A stretch of 64,000 nucleotides of DNA, taken from NCBI GenBank assembly GCA_020635355.1, contig JACJZW010000001.1, forward strand, positions 369,633 to 433,632, read 5' to 3'. Within the stretch, counting starts at the first letter, position 1. Every line of letters starts with the position of its first letter. The position numbers were made by a program, and so were the translations under genes. The notes beneath the pieces are model-generated. The model was given only the letters and a program-made list of their open reading frames with translations, was not told where the DNA came from and searched no databases. Positions 26,332-36,990 of this stretch are shown here, one piece after another. Origin of the DNA: Flavobacteriales bacterium (GTDB lineage: Bacteria > Bacteroidota > Bacteroidia > NS11-12g > UBA9320).

Positions 26332-28098
26332 ATGACTGGATTTCACACTACCGGCCTGGGCCGGGAACTCCTGAATGCTGTTGAGCAATTAGGATTCACC
26401 TCACCTACACCAATTCAAGAACAGGCTATTCCTATCATTCTCCAACAGGAGAATGATCTGGTTGCATTGGCCGCCACAGGAACCGGTAAAACGGCTGCAT
26501 TTGGCTTGCCTATTTTGGATTTGATCGACATGAATCAACGCGCTATTCAGGCGCTGATCATTTGTCCAACCCGGGAATTGGCTCGACAAATACATTCGGA
26601 TTTTGATAGCTTTTCTACCGATAAATCCGGCATGGGAATCTGTGCAGTTTACGGAGGAGCCTCCATTCAGAATCAAATTCGCGACCTCCAGCGAGGTGTG
26701 CGGGTGGTTGTTGGAACACCCGGCCGATTATCGGATCTTATTCAGCGAGGTGTGCTGGATTTATCAGCGGTTAAACACTTGGTATTGGATGAGGCAGATG
26801 AAATGCTCAACATGGGATTCAAAGAGGATATTGAATACATTCTCAACGAAACTCCACAAGAACGCTTCACCTATCTCTTTTCGGCCACCATGCCTGCCGA
26901 AGTGCGGCGCATCGGCCATAACTACTTGAAGAACGCAGTAGAAATAGCCGTTAAGAAACGGGCTGATGACGTTTCAGGGATTGAACACCTGTACAGCGGC
27001 ATTCAGGCCTCCGATCGATTGCCGGCTTTGATGCGATTGTTGGATAGTCAGCCCAATGCCTACGCCATCGTTTTCTGCCGAACCCGAAAGGATACGCAAC
27101 AGGTAGGTGACGCCCTGTCTCAGGCAGGCTATCCCGCAGACTGCCTCCATGGGGATTTGTCACAGGCGCAACGCGATCAGGTGATGAAGCGATTCAGAAC
27201 CAAACGCATTACCGTTTTGGTTGCCACGGATGTAGCTGCAAGAGGTATAGACGTTGACGATGTAACCCACGTAGTTCATTATCATATTCCGGATGATCTG
27301 GAAGCGTATGTACACCGAAGCGGACGAACCGCACGTGCCGGAAAATCAGGTATTTCCATTGCCTTTGCCACCATTCGGGATAAAAGCCGTCTGAAAGATT
27401 TGTCGCGCATTATTGGCAAGGAAATCAAGCCATTCCATCTCCCCTCCGGCGAAGAAGTGTGCACCATCCGCCTTCAGCAAGAGCTGAAAAGCATCACCGA
27501 GCTAGAGCCTGACATGAATCAGGTGAACCACATGCGTGAACAAATGGCGGAGCTCATTCCGGATTTGAGTGAAAAAGACTTAGCCGATCGGTTACTGTAT
27601 AAAGCCCTGCATGATCTCTATGATCGATACGCAAAAGCCCCAGACCTCAACCTTGAACTTTATCTTGGTAAAAATTCACGGGATGCGGGATCAAAGAAGA
27701 AGAACAAATCCGACCGGGACGAGCGCAAACACCAATCACAAGCGTCGTCTTTCACACGTTTCTACATCAACGTAGGTAAGAAGGATGATGTGAACCCGAA
27801 TCGTTTGATGGGTTTCATCAACGAACAGAATGAGTTGAAAGGTTCAGCCATCGGACGGATCGAAATACTCAAAACATTCTCCTTTTTTGAGCTGGATTCA
27901 TCCCTAACCGACCTGGCTATGGAGGAACTGAACGGACAAACGTTTAGAGGACGAAAAATCAGTCTTTCGTTGGCCGAAGCACCCACCAAGCCGGTTGCAC
28001 GAAAGAAATTAAAAGGAGTGTCTTTTGGTGATCGGGATCGAGGAAAGACAAATTTTAAAAAACCTCGTCACAAGGGTAAGAGCCGTAAACGCTATTAA
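26332..28098 (+). CDS. DEAD-box ATP-dependent RNA helicase with a C-terminal DbpA-like RNA-binding domain and a basic tail
   Basis: The Q-motif (GFTSPTPIQEQ), motif I (AATGTGKT), DEAD (VLDEADEML), SAT (FSAT) and motif VI (HRSGRTARAG) are all present. A C-terminal RRM-like block (FYINVGKKDDVNPNRLMGFI) and a KR-rich tail follow. Confidence 0.9.
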   Translation: MTGFHTTGLGRELLNAVEQLGFTSPTPIQEQAIPIILQQENDLVALAATGTGKTAAFGLPILDLIDMNQRAIQALIICPTRELARQIHSDFDSFSTDKSGMGICAVYGGASIQNQIRDLQRGVRVVVGTPGRLSDLIQRGVLDLSAVKHLVLDEADEMLNMGFKEDIEYILNETPQERFTYLFSATMPAEVRRIGHNYLKNAVEIAVKKRADDVSGIEHLYSGIQASDRLPALMRLLDSQPNAYAIVFCRTRKDTQQVGDALSQAGYPADCLHGDLSQAQRDQVMKRFRTKRITVLVATDVAARGIDVDDVTHVVHYHIPDDLEAYVHRSGRTARAGKSGISIAFATIRDKSRLKDLSRIIGKEIKPFHLPSGEEVCTIRLQQELKSITELEPDMNQVNHMREQMAELIPDLSEKDLADRLLYKALHDLYDRYAKAPDLNLELYLGKNSRDAGSKKKNKSDRDERKHQSQASSFTRFYINVGKKDDVNPNRLMGFINEQNELKGSAIGRIEILKTFSFFELDSSLTDLAMEELNGQTFRGRKISLSLAEAPTKPVARKKLKGVSFGDRDRGKTNFKKPRHKGKSRKRY

Positions 28099-28949
28099 CC
28101 AAAAATCTGGGCAGCAAGAACCCGCGCCTCGTTGAACCGCGCTTCATCAAGTCCGGTAGATATGCCTGCCTGATCAAAATAGCTGATCAAATTCTCGGTA
28201 GGCATATTACCAACTAATTTATCGGCAGCCATCGGGCATCCGCCAAATCCGAAAATAGCACCGTCAAATCGGGCGCAACCTGATTTCCAGGCCGCATCTA
28301 CCTTTTCTTTCCAATCATCCGGTCGGGTGTGAAAATGTGCCCCAAATTCAGCTTGATCAAATGCGCGCAATAACTCAAAAACGGAGGTAATTTTATCGGC
28401 ATCCGACACACCAACCGTATCGCTGATGGAGAATGAGGTAATCCCCATGGCTATTAATCGTTCAACCCACGAAGCTACCAATTCCGGCTGCCAGACATCC
28501 CCGTATGGATTACCAAATCCCATGGAAATATAGATCACTACCTCTTTACCAGCCTTCGACGTTTGAGTCAATAGATGCTCCACAACCGGTAAACTTTCTT
28601 CAACAGACCTATTGGTGTTGCGTTGCTGGAACGTTTCGGATATGCTGAAGGGATACCCTAAATACGTCACCCGATCGTGCTGAACCGCGTCATCAATACC
28701 CCGTTCGTTCGCCACAATCACCGATAAAAGTGTGGAAGAATCGGAATCAATCCGATCCAATACCTCCGCAGTGTCCCGCATTTGAGGAATGGCTCTGGGC
28801 GACACAAAACTGCCGCAGTCCAACGTATGATACCCAACCTTGAGCAGGGCATTCAGATAATCCACCTTCAAATCAGTGGGAACAAAGCGTTCAAGCCCTT
28901 GCATGGCATCCCTGGGACACTCAATGATTTTAACCCTGTTATTACTCAA
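28095..28949 (-). CDS. Hydroxymethylglutaryl-CoA lyase
   Basis: The HMGL-like TIM-barrel N-terminus is present (VKIIECPRDAMQGLERF). The ...HFHTRPD... and ...GGCPMA... blocks are present. The start is TTG. The gene converges on the helicase gene with a 4-nt overlap. Confidence 0.85.
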   Translation of the reverse strand: MSNNRVKIIECPRDAMQGLERFVPTDLKVDYLNALLKVGYHTLDCGSFVSPRAIPQMRDTAEVLDRIDSDSSTLLSVIVANERGIDDAVQHDRVTYLGYPFSISETFQQRNTNRSVEESLPVVEHLLTQTSKAGKEVVIYISMGFGNPYGDVWQPELVASWVERLIAMGITSFSISDTVGVSDADKITSVFELLRAFDQAEFGAHFHTRPDDWKEKVDAAWKSGCARFDGAIFGFGGCPMAADKLVGNMPTENLISYFDQAGISTGLDEARFNEARVLAAQIFG

Positions 28950-29012
28950 AACTAGTTGGTTTTCGGGCCAAAAGTACCATTTTTGCTGCTTTCGATAAAA
29001 ACGACCTGGTTC

Positions 29013-31031
29013 ATGGTAAATGAAGAATTAGAGGCTGAACAAAACGGTTCGGAACATCCGGAATCTGCTGAGGAAACCACTCAGGAGAATCAGTTGGATC
29101 AACCAACGGATGTGACGGATCAACCTGCTGTTGAGGAAGAAGTTGTTGTGGAGTCTGAACCGATTGTAGAACCGGTAACTGCTGAGGTTACCGTCCCATC
29201 TTCATCAGAAGATGATGATGAGGACACAGACGATTCCGATGAGGAAGACGAAGAAGAAGAGGATGGAGATGATGACTCCACTTCTGTTGACTACCACACC
29301 CTTTCCAAGGAACAACTCGTTGAAGCTGCCCGCTCAACCGCTACCAAAACAGCCCGTGAGGCCATCAAACACCTTCGTGAGATTCGCTCCATTTTGAACG
29401 AGGTTCTCCGCGCTGAACAACGTCAACTGCTTCAGGAACACATTGATTCCGGAAATGAGGTAGAGGAATTTAAGTTCGATGACGGCGGTATGCGCAACCA
29501 GGTTAAAATGCTGTTTGAACAAGCCAAGCTGGCTCGTCAGGAAGAGCGTGAACGCATCGAAAAAGAGAAGCTTCAAAACCTGAAGCTCAAACAAGGCATA
29601 CTCGATAAACTCAAGGAAATTACCGAATCCGACGAAACTGAAAAGAGTCTGGAAGATGTAAAGGCCCTTCAGCAGGAATGGCGTGGAATTCGGGTAGTTC
29701 CTCAGGAACATTCACAAAACCTTTGGGAAACCTATCACTTTTATCTCGATAAGTTCTATGACAATCACTCGATTAACATCGAACTGAAAGAACTGGATCG
29801 GAAAAAGAACCTGGAAACCAAAATCGAATTGTGTAAGAAGGTGGATGAGTTGAGTGCTGAAACGTCACTCAAAAAGAGCTTCATCCTCCTGAACAAATAC
29901 CAGGAAGAGTTCCGCAACACGGGACCTGTACCCCGTGAATACAATAAGGAAATCTGGGAGCGATTTCAGAAGGCAACGGATGCCGTTTATGCTCAAAAGA
30001 AGGAACAGTTCAACGAACTGGAAGAAAAGCGCAAGAAAAACCTGGAACTGAAGGAAGTGCTGGTTGAAAAGGCCTCCCTGATCGCAGCCGAAAACTATAA
30101 GAAAACGAAGGATTGGTCATTGAAGACCAAGGAGTTGGATGATCTTATGACGGAATGGAAGACCATTGGTCAGGTTCCGAAAAGTAAGTCGGACAGCATC
30201 TGGAAATCATTCCGCGAGCAGTTCAAAGAATTCTATAACAACAAGAATCTATACTTCAAGGATCAGCACAAGGCCAGAAAAGCCAACCAAATCCTCAAGG
30301 AAGATATCTGTAAGCGGGCGGAAGAACTGCAAGACAGCACGGATTTCTCGTTCGCAACGAATGAATTGATCAAACTTCAGAAAGAGTGGAAAGATATCGG
30401 TCCTGTACCCGATAAAATTTCCAACGCCATCTGGAAGCGATTTCGATCAGCCTGCGATCACTTCTTCGCCCGAAAACAGAATGAGTTTGCATCGAAGCGT
30501 GATGAGGAAAACCAAAATCTCCAACTGAAAGAAGACCTTATTCAACAGTTGAACAGCATTCTGGAGAAAGATTCCCAGGACAATTTGCTGGATACCCTCA
30601 AAGGCATTCAACGGGATTGGAAAGCCATTGGTTATGTGCCGATTAAGAAGAAAAAGGAAATCGAAAACCGATATCAGAAGGCCTCCAACAAGGTGTTTGA
30701 AAAGTTTAAGCTGAATCGTCAGGAACTGAAGGCCGGACAGGTGAAAGAGCATTACAAGCATTTGGCCGAGTTGCCCAGCGGTGGCAAACGTCTCTCTGAA
30801 GAAGAGGATAAGATTAAACGCAAAATCAGTTATCTGCGCGGAGAGATCCAAACTCTGGAGAACAACATGGAATTCTTTGGTAGATCAGCCGGTGCTCAAA
30901 AACTGAAGGCAGAGATTGAAGGTAAAATTGATAAGACGAAGGAGCAGATTGACCGATTGAAATCGGAACTGAAAGCCATTCGCGACTTGAAGACAAAGCC
31001 TGCCGACGCCAAAGAACAGGCTGCCAGCTAG
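29013..31031 (+). CDS. DUF349 repeat protein with an acidic N-terminal region
   Basis: At least 6 copies of the ~75-aa DUF349 module carry W(K/R)xIG(P/Q/Y)VP cores (EWRGIRVVP, EWKTIGQVP, EWKDIGPVP, DWKAIGYVP, FRNTGPVP). A D/E-rich tract (SSEDDDEDTDDSDEEDEEEEDGDDD) lies at the N-terminus. The ORF track start at 28956 is moved here to the ATG at 29013. Confidence 0.75.
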   Translation: MVNEELEAEQNGSEHPESAEETTQENQLDQPTDVTDQPAVEEEVVVESEPIVEPVTAEVTVPSSSEDDDEDTDDSDEEDEEEEDGDDDSTSVDYHTLSKEQLVEAARSTATKTAREAIKHLREIRSILNEVLRAEQRQLLQEHIDSGNEVEEFKFDDGGMRNQVKMLFEQAKLARQEERERIEKEKLQNLKLKQGILDKLKEITESDETEKSLEDVKALQQEWRGIRVVPQEHSQNLWETYHFYLDKFYDNHSINIELKELDRKKNLETKIELCKKVDELSAETSLKKSFILLNKYQEEFRNTGPVPREYNKEIWERFQKATDAVYAQKKEQFNELEEKRKKNLELKEVLVEKASLIAAENYKKTKDWSLKTKELDDLMTEWKTIGQVPKSKSDSIWKSFREQFKEFYNNKNLYFKDQHKARKANQILKEDICKRAEELQDSTDFSFATNELIKLQKEWKDIGPVPDKISNAIWKRFRSACDHFFARKQNEFASKRDEENQNLQLKEDLIQQLNSILEKDSQDNLLDTLKGIQRDWKAIGYVPIKKKKEIENRYQKASNKVFEKFKLNRQELKAGQVKEHYKHLAELPSGGKRLSEEEDKIKRKISYLRGEIQTLENNMEFFGRSAGAQKLKAEIEGKIDKTKEQIDRLKSELKAIRDLKTKPADAKEQAAS

Positions 31032-31034
31032 GAC

Positions 31035-31814
31035 ATGTCATCAGCTTACGGAATCGTTGCCAAATCCGTTCGATACCTCCGTCATCGACTAACGTCCGGC
31101 AACCAGCACAGCATCCATTCTCCTCAGGTTTTTGCGTTGTACAATGCCCTTTTTGACAAACCGGGTAGTGAAATTCAATCCATCTATCGGCTGCATCGGG
31201 AGTTGAAACAAAGCGATGAGATCATCCGCTATGCCGATCCGGGCCGACAAGGTAAATCCACATCGATTTCAGTTAAGTCGCTCGCCAGAAATGTGGCGAA
31301 ATCCGAACGACTGGGAACCGTGCTTCATAACCTGGTTCATCATCTGAAACCGAAATCCATCCTGGAATTGGGGTCTTCGTTGGGGTTGAGCGCACTGTAC
31401 CAGCATACCGGTTGGTCTCAGGCATCCTTTCTGGCCGTTGAGGGAGCACCGGAGTTGGCTGAAAAGGCACAGCAACATGTTCAGATCCAGTCGGTTCCCA
31501 TCGAACTGCAATGCGGGTTGTTTGATGACGTTTTACCTGCGCTATTGGAGCGTCAAGCGTCATTTGACTACATCTATCTGGATGGTCATCATCAGCTTGA
31601 ACCTAGCCGAAGATATTACGAACAGCTCAAGCAGCTCGCAGTGGATGGAACGGTGATCGTTCTGGACGACATTCACTGGTCGGCCGGGATGGAGCAATTC
31701 TGGAATGACGTAATCGCAGATACCGACGCCACGTTTACGATTGATCTATTCGAATTCGGTATCGTGATTCTTCGCAGTGGTGCGCCCAAGCAACATTTCT
31801 CACTCCGTCTTTAA
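31035..31814 (+). CDS. Class I SAM-dependent methyltransferase (O-methyltransferase-like)
   Basis: A Rossmann SAM motif I is present (ILELGSSLGLSALY) and an acidic post-I motif (VIVLDDIHW). It is 259 aa. Confidence 0.6.
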   Translation: MSSAYGIVAKSVRYLRHRLTSGNQHSIHSPQVFALYNALFDKPGSEIQSIYRLHRELKQSDEIIRYADPGRQGKSTSISVKSLARNVAKSERLGTVLHNLVHHLKPKSILELGSSLGLSALYQHTGWSQASFLAVEGAPELAEKAQQHVQIQSVPIELQCGLFDDVLPALLERQASFDYIYLDGHHQLEPSRRYYEQLKQLAVDGTVIVLDDIHWSAGMEQFWNDVIADTDATFTIDLFEFGIVILRSGAPKQHFSLRL

Positions 31815-32876
31815 CCCCAGAGAATCGTATTTTTTGATGAGATTTTTCCAGTTGTATTGATCCAACTGCGATGGAAGTTGATAGGCCGCTGGTTGACGTA
31901 GAGCCTCTTTCGTTTGACTCAGAAATTCAACAAAACTCCCATAAAAGACGTTTAAATCGCGGTAAATTGAGGGGTAGCTCAGCCGATTGGGCAGAACCGG
32001 ATGCACGCCTGCGACAATGGCTTCCAGCACGCTTAAGCCAAAAAATTCCTGATTGGACGTCACCGGAAGTACGTGAGAAGATCGAAGCAATTGGAGATAC
32101 TGTTCCCTGCTTTCCGCATATCCCCAATGAATAATCTCGTGTTCAAATTCTGTCCGGATCGATTCGAACGCCTCCGGCTGATGCTGAAAATGTTCACCAC
32201 AAACAATGAGCTGGAACGCCTCTCCTTCCCGCTTCAATTCCTGCAGTAAATGGAGAAAACTTTCCGGATTCTTGTCGTGTTCCCACCGATGATTCCACAG
32301 GATCACCGGAAGTGCTGACTTTACACGAGGTTGGGCACGGATGGCATCCATATCAACCCCTGGTGAAATGACCTTCGATTTGTGTAAAATGGACTCAAAT
32401 GACGTCTGATATCCTTGTTCGGGAAAAGCGCTTAAAAAAGTGGGAATGGCCTCAAAAACCACCTCTTGATGATACGATGAATTAAAAACGACTTCATCGG
32501 CAACCAACATGGACGTTAAGTTCCGCCACGCATATTGTCGGTCACGATTCCGATGATCAGGTTCATTCCACGGATAAGTAAGCTGGGTTTCATGCAAATA
32601 GAGAATGATGGGAATTTGTTGAAGATCGGCCGACAACAGGGATTTAAACAAGGGAAGATCCATCATCCCAGAAACAAGAATCACATCCGGTGATACGCTG
32701 GACTGATTGATCTGCTCAGCCAAAGGGATGGCTGATGATGCCATCCGCCACTTCCAGTTTCTGCCCGGCAGCGTGAACAGATGTACGTTGTGTCTGGAAA
32801 ATCGCTGTATATCACGCGCCCACTGTGCATGAGAGCCCGAATAGAATGGTTCAACTAAAAATAAATTGGATGTCAT
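31800..32876 (-). CDS. DUF3524-domain glycosyltransferase (GT4-like; GTDC1/QTMAN-type family)
   Basis: The N-terminus LVEPFYSGSHAQWARDIQRFSRHNVHLFTLPGRNWKWRMAS matches the DUF3524 consensus (LLEPF(F/Y)xGSH...W.....H...L.L.GR.WKWRM). The C-terminal half is GT1-like. The ATG overlaps the mltG TGA in an ATGA arrangement. Confidence 0.65.
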   Translation of the reverse strand: MTSNLFLVEPFYSGSHAQWARDIQRFSRHNVHLFTLPGRNWKWRMASSAIPLAEQINQSSVSPDVILVSGMMDLPLFKSLLSADLQQIPIILYLHETQLTYPWNEPDHRNRDRQYAWRNLTSMLVADEVVFNSSYHQEVVFEAIPTFLSAFPEQGYQTSFESILHKSKVISPGVDMDAIRAQPRVKSALPVILWNHRWEHDKNPESFLHLLQELKREGEAFQLIVCGEHFQHQPEAFESIRTEFEHEIIHWGYAESREQYLQLLRSSHVLPVTSNQEFFGLSVLEAIVAGVHPVLPNRLSYPSIYRDLNVFYGSFVEFLSQTKEALRQPAAYQLPSQLDQYNWKNLIKKYDSLGLKTE

Positions 32877-33898
32877 TCCCGGATATTTCGGGCATCAAGG
32901 GCTTTATGATAGTTCACGGCATTTTGTTCATGCACACGCGCCGACGCGGTAAACAAGTGATATCCGGAAAGATCGGGTTTGGCGCAGAAGAACATATAAT
33001 CATGGGATTCGGCATTTAAAACCGCATCAACGGCTTTAACACTGGGCAACAAAACGGGCCCGGGAGGTAAACCCCTGTACTTGTAGGTATTATACGGGTT
33101 ATCTACTTTCAAGTCAACGTGCAATACTCGTCGCCTGCCTGCTTTGTGCGCAATGTATCGAACGGTTGGATCTGCTTGGAGTGGCCATCCCTTTTCGAGT
33201 CGGTTTAGATACACTCCAGCAATTCGAGGTAATTCGGAATCAAACATGGTCTCCGCATCCACGATGCTGGCTAGCACAATCACATCGTTGATGGTCAGAT
33301 CCAGATCGTTGAGTTTTCCCATTCGTTCCGGTGTCCAAAATACATCCCGTTCTGATTTGAAACGCTTAAACACCGCATCGGGCTTGGCCGCCCAGTGAAA
33401 GAAATAGGTGTTGGCCATCATTAAACACGGCCAGTTTTCACGATTTAACTCAAGACTCCTGAGATAACTGGATGTATCGATGTAGGCATCAAATGCCGTA
33501 GAATCCGGTTCCAGTTTCAAACTCAATTCGCGAATAATATCCCGACGGTCTATACTGCCTTTTAGCAACACCACCACTTGCTCCTGATTCCCCGATCGAA
33601 AGTGCCGGATCAACCGTCTGTTGGTCCACCCGTTTTGAATAATGTATTTTCCGGGAATCACCTTATTGCGAAGATTCATCTGATCGGCCAGTTGATCAAA
33701 GCCGGGTCCGGTAATCAGGTATGGATCCAGTGCTTGACGAAGGGAATCATAGGTCCAGTTGGATCCTACATAGATCTCAACCGGCTTGCCATTGGGCGTT
33801 GAGACATTTGATTTCCAGAGTAATCCATAGGCGAAATAGCCGGCAACCGCCATCACACCAATCAGAATAAGGCCTGTCGAGAATAGTATGCGTTTCAT
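32873..33898 (-). CDS. mltG: Endolytic murein transglycosylase MltG (YceG family)
   Basis: An N-terminal TM is present (MKRILFSTGLILIGVMAVAGYFAY). The YceG-like domain has conserved blocks ...LASIVDAET... and ...GYHLFTASARVHEQN. The ORF track start at 33910 is a TTG. The ATG at 33898 is used here. Confidence 0.8.
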   Translation of the reverse strand: MKRILFSTGLILIGVMAVAGYFAYGLLWKSNVSTPNGKPVEIYVGSNWTYDSLRQALDPYLITGPGFDQLADQMNLRNKVIPGKYIIQNGWTNRRLIRHFRSGNQEQVVVLLKGSIDRRDIIRELSLKLEPDSTAFDAYIDTSSYLRSLELNRENWPCLMMANTYFFHWAAKPDAVFKRFKSERDVFWTPERMGKLNDLDLTINDVIVLASIVDAETMFDSELPRIAGVYLNRLEKGWPLQADPTVRYIAHKAGRRRVLHVDLKVDNPYNTYKYRGLPPGPVLLPSVKAVDAVLNAESHDYMFFCAKPDLSGYHLFTASARVHEQNAVNYHKALDARNIRE

Positions 33899-33967
33899 AC
33901 AGCTTTGCAAATATAGCGGGCTACTCTACACGTCATTAAATCGTAGATTTGCCCGAAGAGATTCATC

Positions 33968-34696
33968 ATGAGAATTGCATTGATTGGTTACGGAAAAATG
34001 GGAAAGGCCATTGAATCGCTTTCGGCCCCTGTTCACCATGAAATCTCGCTGAAGGTTGGTCGGTCCGGATTTACCGCCAAAGACCTCCAACAAACTGATG
34101 TAGCCATTGAATTTTCTACCCCGGATGCCGCTGTAAACAACATCTACACCTGCTTTGAAGCTGGAATACCCGTTGTTGTTGGAACTACGGCGTGGTATCA
34201 CCAGTATGATGAGGTGGTTGCCGCATGTAAAAAAGCAAACGGCAAAATGCTCACGGCTACCAACTTCAGTATAGGCGTGAACCTGTTTTGGAAAGCGGCT
34301 GAATACCTGGCTGGGTTGATGAATGAACGAACCGACTACGACGTCTCCGTTCACGAGGTGCATCACTTGCAAAAATTGGATGCGCCCAGCGGAACAGCCA
34401 TTACAACAGCCAATAAGCTCATTGAACAACTCAACCGAAAAAATCGATGGGTTCATCATGAGATCGGCAATAGCCCCAGTGATGATCCGTTTCATCTGAA
34501 CATCAGTTCGGCCCGTGAAGAAGGCGTGCCGGGCACCCATATAATTGAATTTGCGAACGACATTGATTCCATTGAACTCAAGCACACTGCCAAGAATCGG
34601 AAAGGTTTTGCCACCGGCGCCCTCAAGGCTGCCGAATGGCTCTATCAGCAATCCGAACCCGGTGTGTACACAATGGATGATGTTTTAAATCTTTAG
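33968..34696 (+). CDS. dapB: 4-hydroxy-tetrahydrodipicolinate reductase
   Basis: A NAD(P)-binding N-terminus is present (MRIALIGYGKMGKAIE). The DapB C-terminal domain is present with E..HH.K.DAPSGTA. Confidence 0.9.
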   Translation: MRIALIGYGKMGKAIESLSAPVHHEISLKVGRSGFTAKDLQQTDVAIEFSTPDAAVNNIYTCFEAGIPVVVGTTAWYHQYDEVVAACKKANGKMLTATNFSIGVNLFWKAAEYLAGLMNERTDYDVSVHEVHHLQKLDAPSGTAITTANKLIEQLNRKNRWVHHEIGNSPSDDPFHLNISSAREEGVPGTHIIEFANDIDSIELKHTAKNRKGFATGALKAAEWLYQQSEPGVYTMDDVLNL

Positions 34697-34699
34697 ACA

Positions 34700-36028
34700 T
34701 TGGATATTACCTACAACCCCATCGAACTCTTTCGGGAATTTCGCACACGAACCAAGGTGATCTTAATCGTTTGGACCGTGTTCAACCTGCTCATCAGCGG
34801 GATGTATCTCTTTGGCGCAGGTGCCCCATTTCTGAATACCCTGATCTTCTTTTTGATCTGGGAACTGGCCATCTGGGGTTATTATGTTTACCGGTACAAC
34901 TGGAAACAGCGACATAAAGTTGGGGAATGGATTGATGCGATCATCTTCGCGGTCATAGCCGCAACGGTGATTCGAAGTTTATTCATCGAAGCCTATCAAA
35001 TCCCAACGTCATCCATGGAAAAGTCATTGATGGTGGGCGACTTCCTCTTTGTGAGCAAAATTAACTACGGAGCACGCTTACCCATGACACCCATCAGCTT
35101 CCCGTTTGCACATCATACCATGCCGGGAACGGATGACACCAAATCCTACGTCGAAGGGTTTCAGATGCCGTATTACCGCATCCCCGGTTTTCAAAAAATC
35201 AAAAATGGAGATGTGGTGGTGTTTAACTGGCCGGATGAACGACTGGACAGGCCAGTGGATAAGAAAGAAAACTACATCAAACGTTGTGTGGCCATTCCGG
35301 GCGATACGCTTCAGGTGATTGATGGTCAGGTTTGGATTAATGGCGTTGCGGAAAAAGTTCCAACCATGCGTCAGTTTGAATACGAAGTGAAGACCAACGT
35401 TCCTGATCTACCAAAACGGTTTTATGATGAACACGACATTACGGATCGCTATCAATTTGATCCAAGTGTGCCCATTCATTATCTTCACTTGACCGATGAG
35501 AGCCGGAAAGCCGTTCAAACCAATCCCAACGTGGTAAGTTGTGATACCAATTTACACCGAAAAGGACAGGACGGACATGGTACGCTGTTCCCATTCAGTA
35601 AGCAACATGTGTGGAGCCGTGATTTCTATGGCCCGCTGGTCATCCCAAAGAAAGGGGTAACCGTTGCCCTTGATTCAGCCAATTATTACATCTACGAACG
35701 ATTGATTCAGGTGTACGAGAATCACCCGGATTTCCAGATGCGTGGAACCAAATTCTTTATGGGTGATGAAGAAATCACGAGCTATACCTTTGAAATGAAC
35801 TATTACTTCATGATGGGGGATAACCGACACAACAGTTTGGATTCCCGTGCCTGGGGATTTGTTCCGGAGGATCACATCGTGGGTAAGGCGCTCTTTGTTG
35901 CCTTTTCAATCAAGCACGATATCACCCGCCGCCCGGTTTATAACCAGTTTGGCCAAATGGTGGGACAAGAAGAAATCAAGAAATTCAAAGGCATTCGCTG
36001 GAACCGAATATTCATGGGTATCGAATGA
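34700..36028 (+). CDS. lepB: Signal peptidase I (S26 family, long Bacteroidota type)
   Basis: The catalytic Ser box is present ([17 protein letters not shown]). A catalytic Lys region and a C-terminal [25 protein letters not shown] box are present. The start call is uncertain: the codon at 34700 is TTG, and the first ATG lies 35 codons in. Confidence 0.8.
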   Translation: MDITYNPIELFREFRTRTKVILIVWTVFNLLISGMYLFGAGAPFLNTLIFFLIWELAIWGYYVYRYNWKQRHKVGEWIDAIIFAVIAATVIRSLFIEAYQIPTSSMEKSLMVGDFLFVSKINYGARLPMTPISFPFAHHTMPGTDDTKSYVEGFQMPYYRIPGFQKIKNGDVVVFNWPDERLDRPVDKKENYIKRCVAIPGDTLQVIDGQVWINGVAEKVPTMRQFEYEVKTNVPDLPKRFYDEHDITDRYQFDPSVPIHYLHLTDESRKAVQTNPNVVSCDTNLHRKGQDGHGTLFPFSKQHVWSRDFYGPLVIPKKGVTVALDSANYYIYERLIQVYENHPDFQMRGTKFFMGDEEITSYTFEMNYYFMMGDNRHNSLDSRAWGFVPEDHIVGKALFVAFSIKHDITRRPVYNQFGQMVGQEEIKKFKGIRWNRIFMGIE

Positions 36029-36939
36029 TTCCTGAGCACTGCCGATTAGTTTTTATTGGTACGCCGGAGTTCTCAGTTCCATCTCTGGAGAAAATCATTG
36101 AAGCCGGTTTTAACGTCGTTGCTGTGATTACAGCACCTGATCGGCCGGCAGGACGAGGTATGAAACTCCAGGCATCCGCCGTAAAGCAATGTGCGGTAAA
36201 TCATCACATACCCGTACTTCAGCCAACGAATCTGAAAAATCCTGAGTTTCTGCAAACGTTAGCGGATTTAAAGCCCGATGTGCAGGTAGTCATCGCCTTT
36301 CGAATGCTTCCGGAAGTGGTTTGGAATCTGCCTACGATGGGCACCATCAACCTCCATGCCTCCCTCCTTCCGGATTATCGTGGTGCGGCTCCCATCAACC
36401 GGGCCATCATGAATGGTGAAAAACAAACGGGACTCACCACCTTCCGATTGAAGCATGTGATTGATACCGGTAACATTTTGAGACAGTTAACGGTTGATAT
36501 CGGCGCAAATGAAACGGCTGGAGAACTGCACGACCGGATGATGCATTTGGGTGCAGATCTAATGATAGAAACACTAATGGGCGTGCTGGATCATTCATTG
36601 GTTGAACAACCCCAGGTGGTACTGCCTCACCATAAGAATGCACCCAAAATTTTCAAAGATGATTGCTTGATAGACTGGCAACAAAATGGAAATCAAATCA
36701 TTAACCTCATTCGAGGTTTATCACCCTACCCCACTGCCCGATGCTTTTTTCAAGGCAAGATTCTGAAAATTTATCACGCCGAGTACGATCCAGATAGTGC
36801 GATTCAAATTGGTGAGGTGAATCTGAAAGATGATCGTCTGGCATTTGGCTGCGCCGATGGGGTAATTTATCCAACCGATGTTCAAATTGAAGGAAAACGT
36901 CGCATGTCTGTTGAGGAAATGTTGCGCGGATTGCGCTGA
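36025..36939 (+). CDS. fmt: Methionyl-tRNA formyltransferase
   Basis: The formyl-transferase N-domain is present ([17 protein letters not shown]...[26 protein letters not shown]) with the Fmt C-terminal domain. The ATG overlaps the lepB TGA in an ATGA arrangement. Confidence 0.9.
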   Translation: MIPEHCRLVFIGTPEFSVPSLEKIIEAGFNVVAVITAPDRPAGRGMKLQASAVKQCAVNHHIPVLQPTNLKNPEFLQTLADLKPDVQVVIAFRMLPEVVWNLPTMGTINLHASLLPDYRGAAPINRAIMNGEKQTGLTTFRLKHVIDTGNILRQLTVDIGANETAGELHDRMMHLGADLMIETLMGVLDHSLVEQPQVVLPHHKNAPKIFKDDCLIDWQQNGNQIINLIRGLSPYPTARCFFQGKILKIYHAEYDPDSAIQIGEVNLKDDRLAFGCADGVIYPTDVQIEGKRRMSVEEMLRGLR

Positions 36940-36990
36940 TTACAATAAACAACCTTCCGGATGAGTTAAGTGGTGTAAAGAATTAAAACG

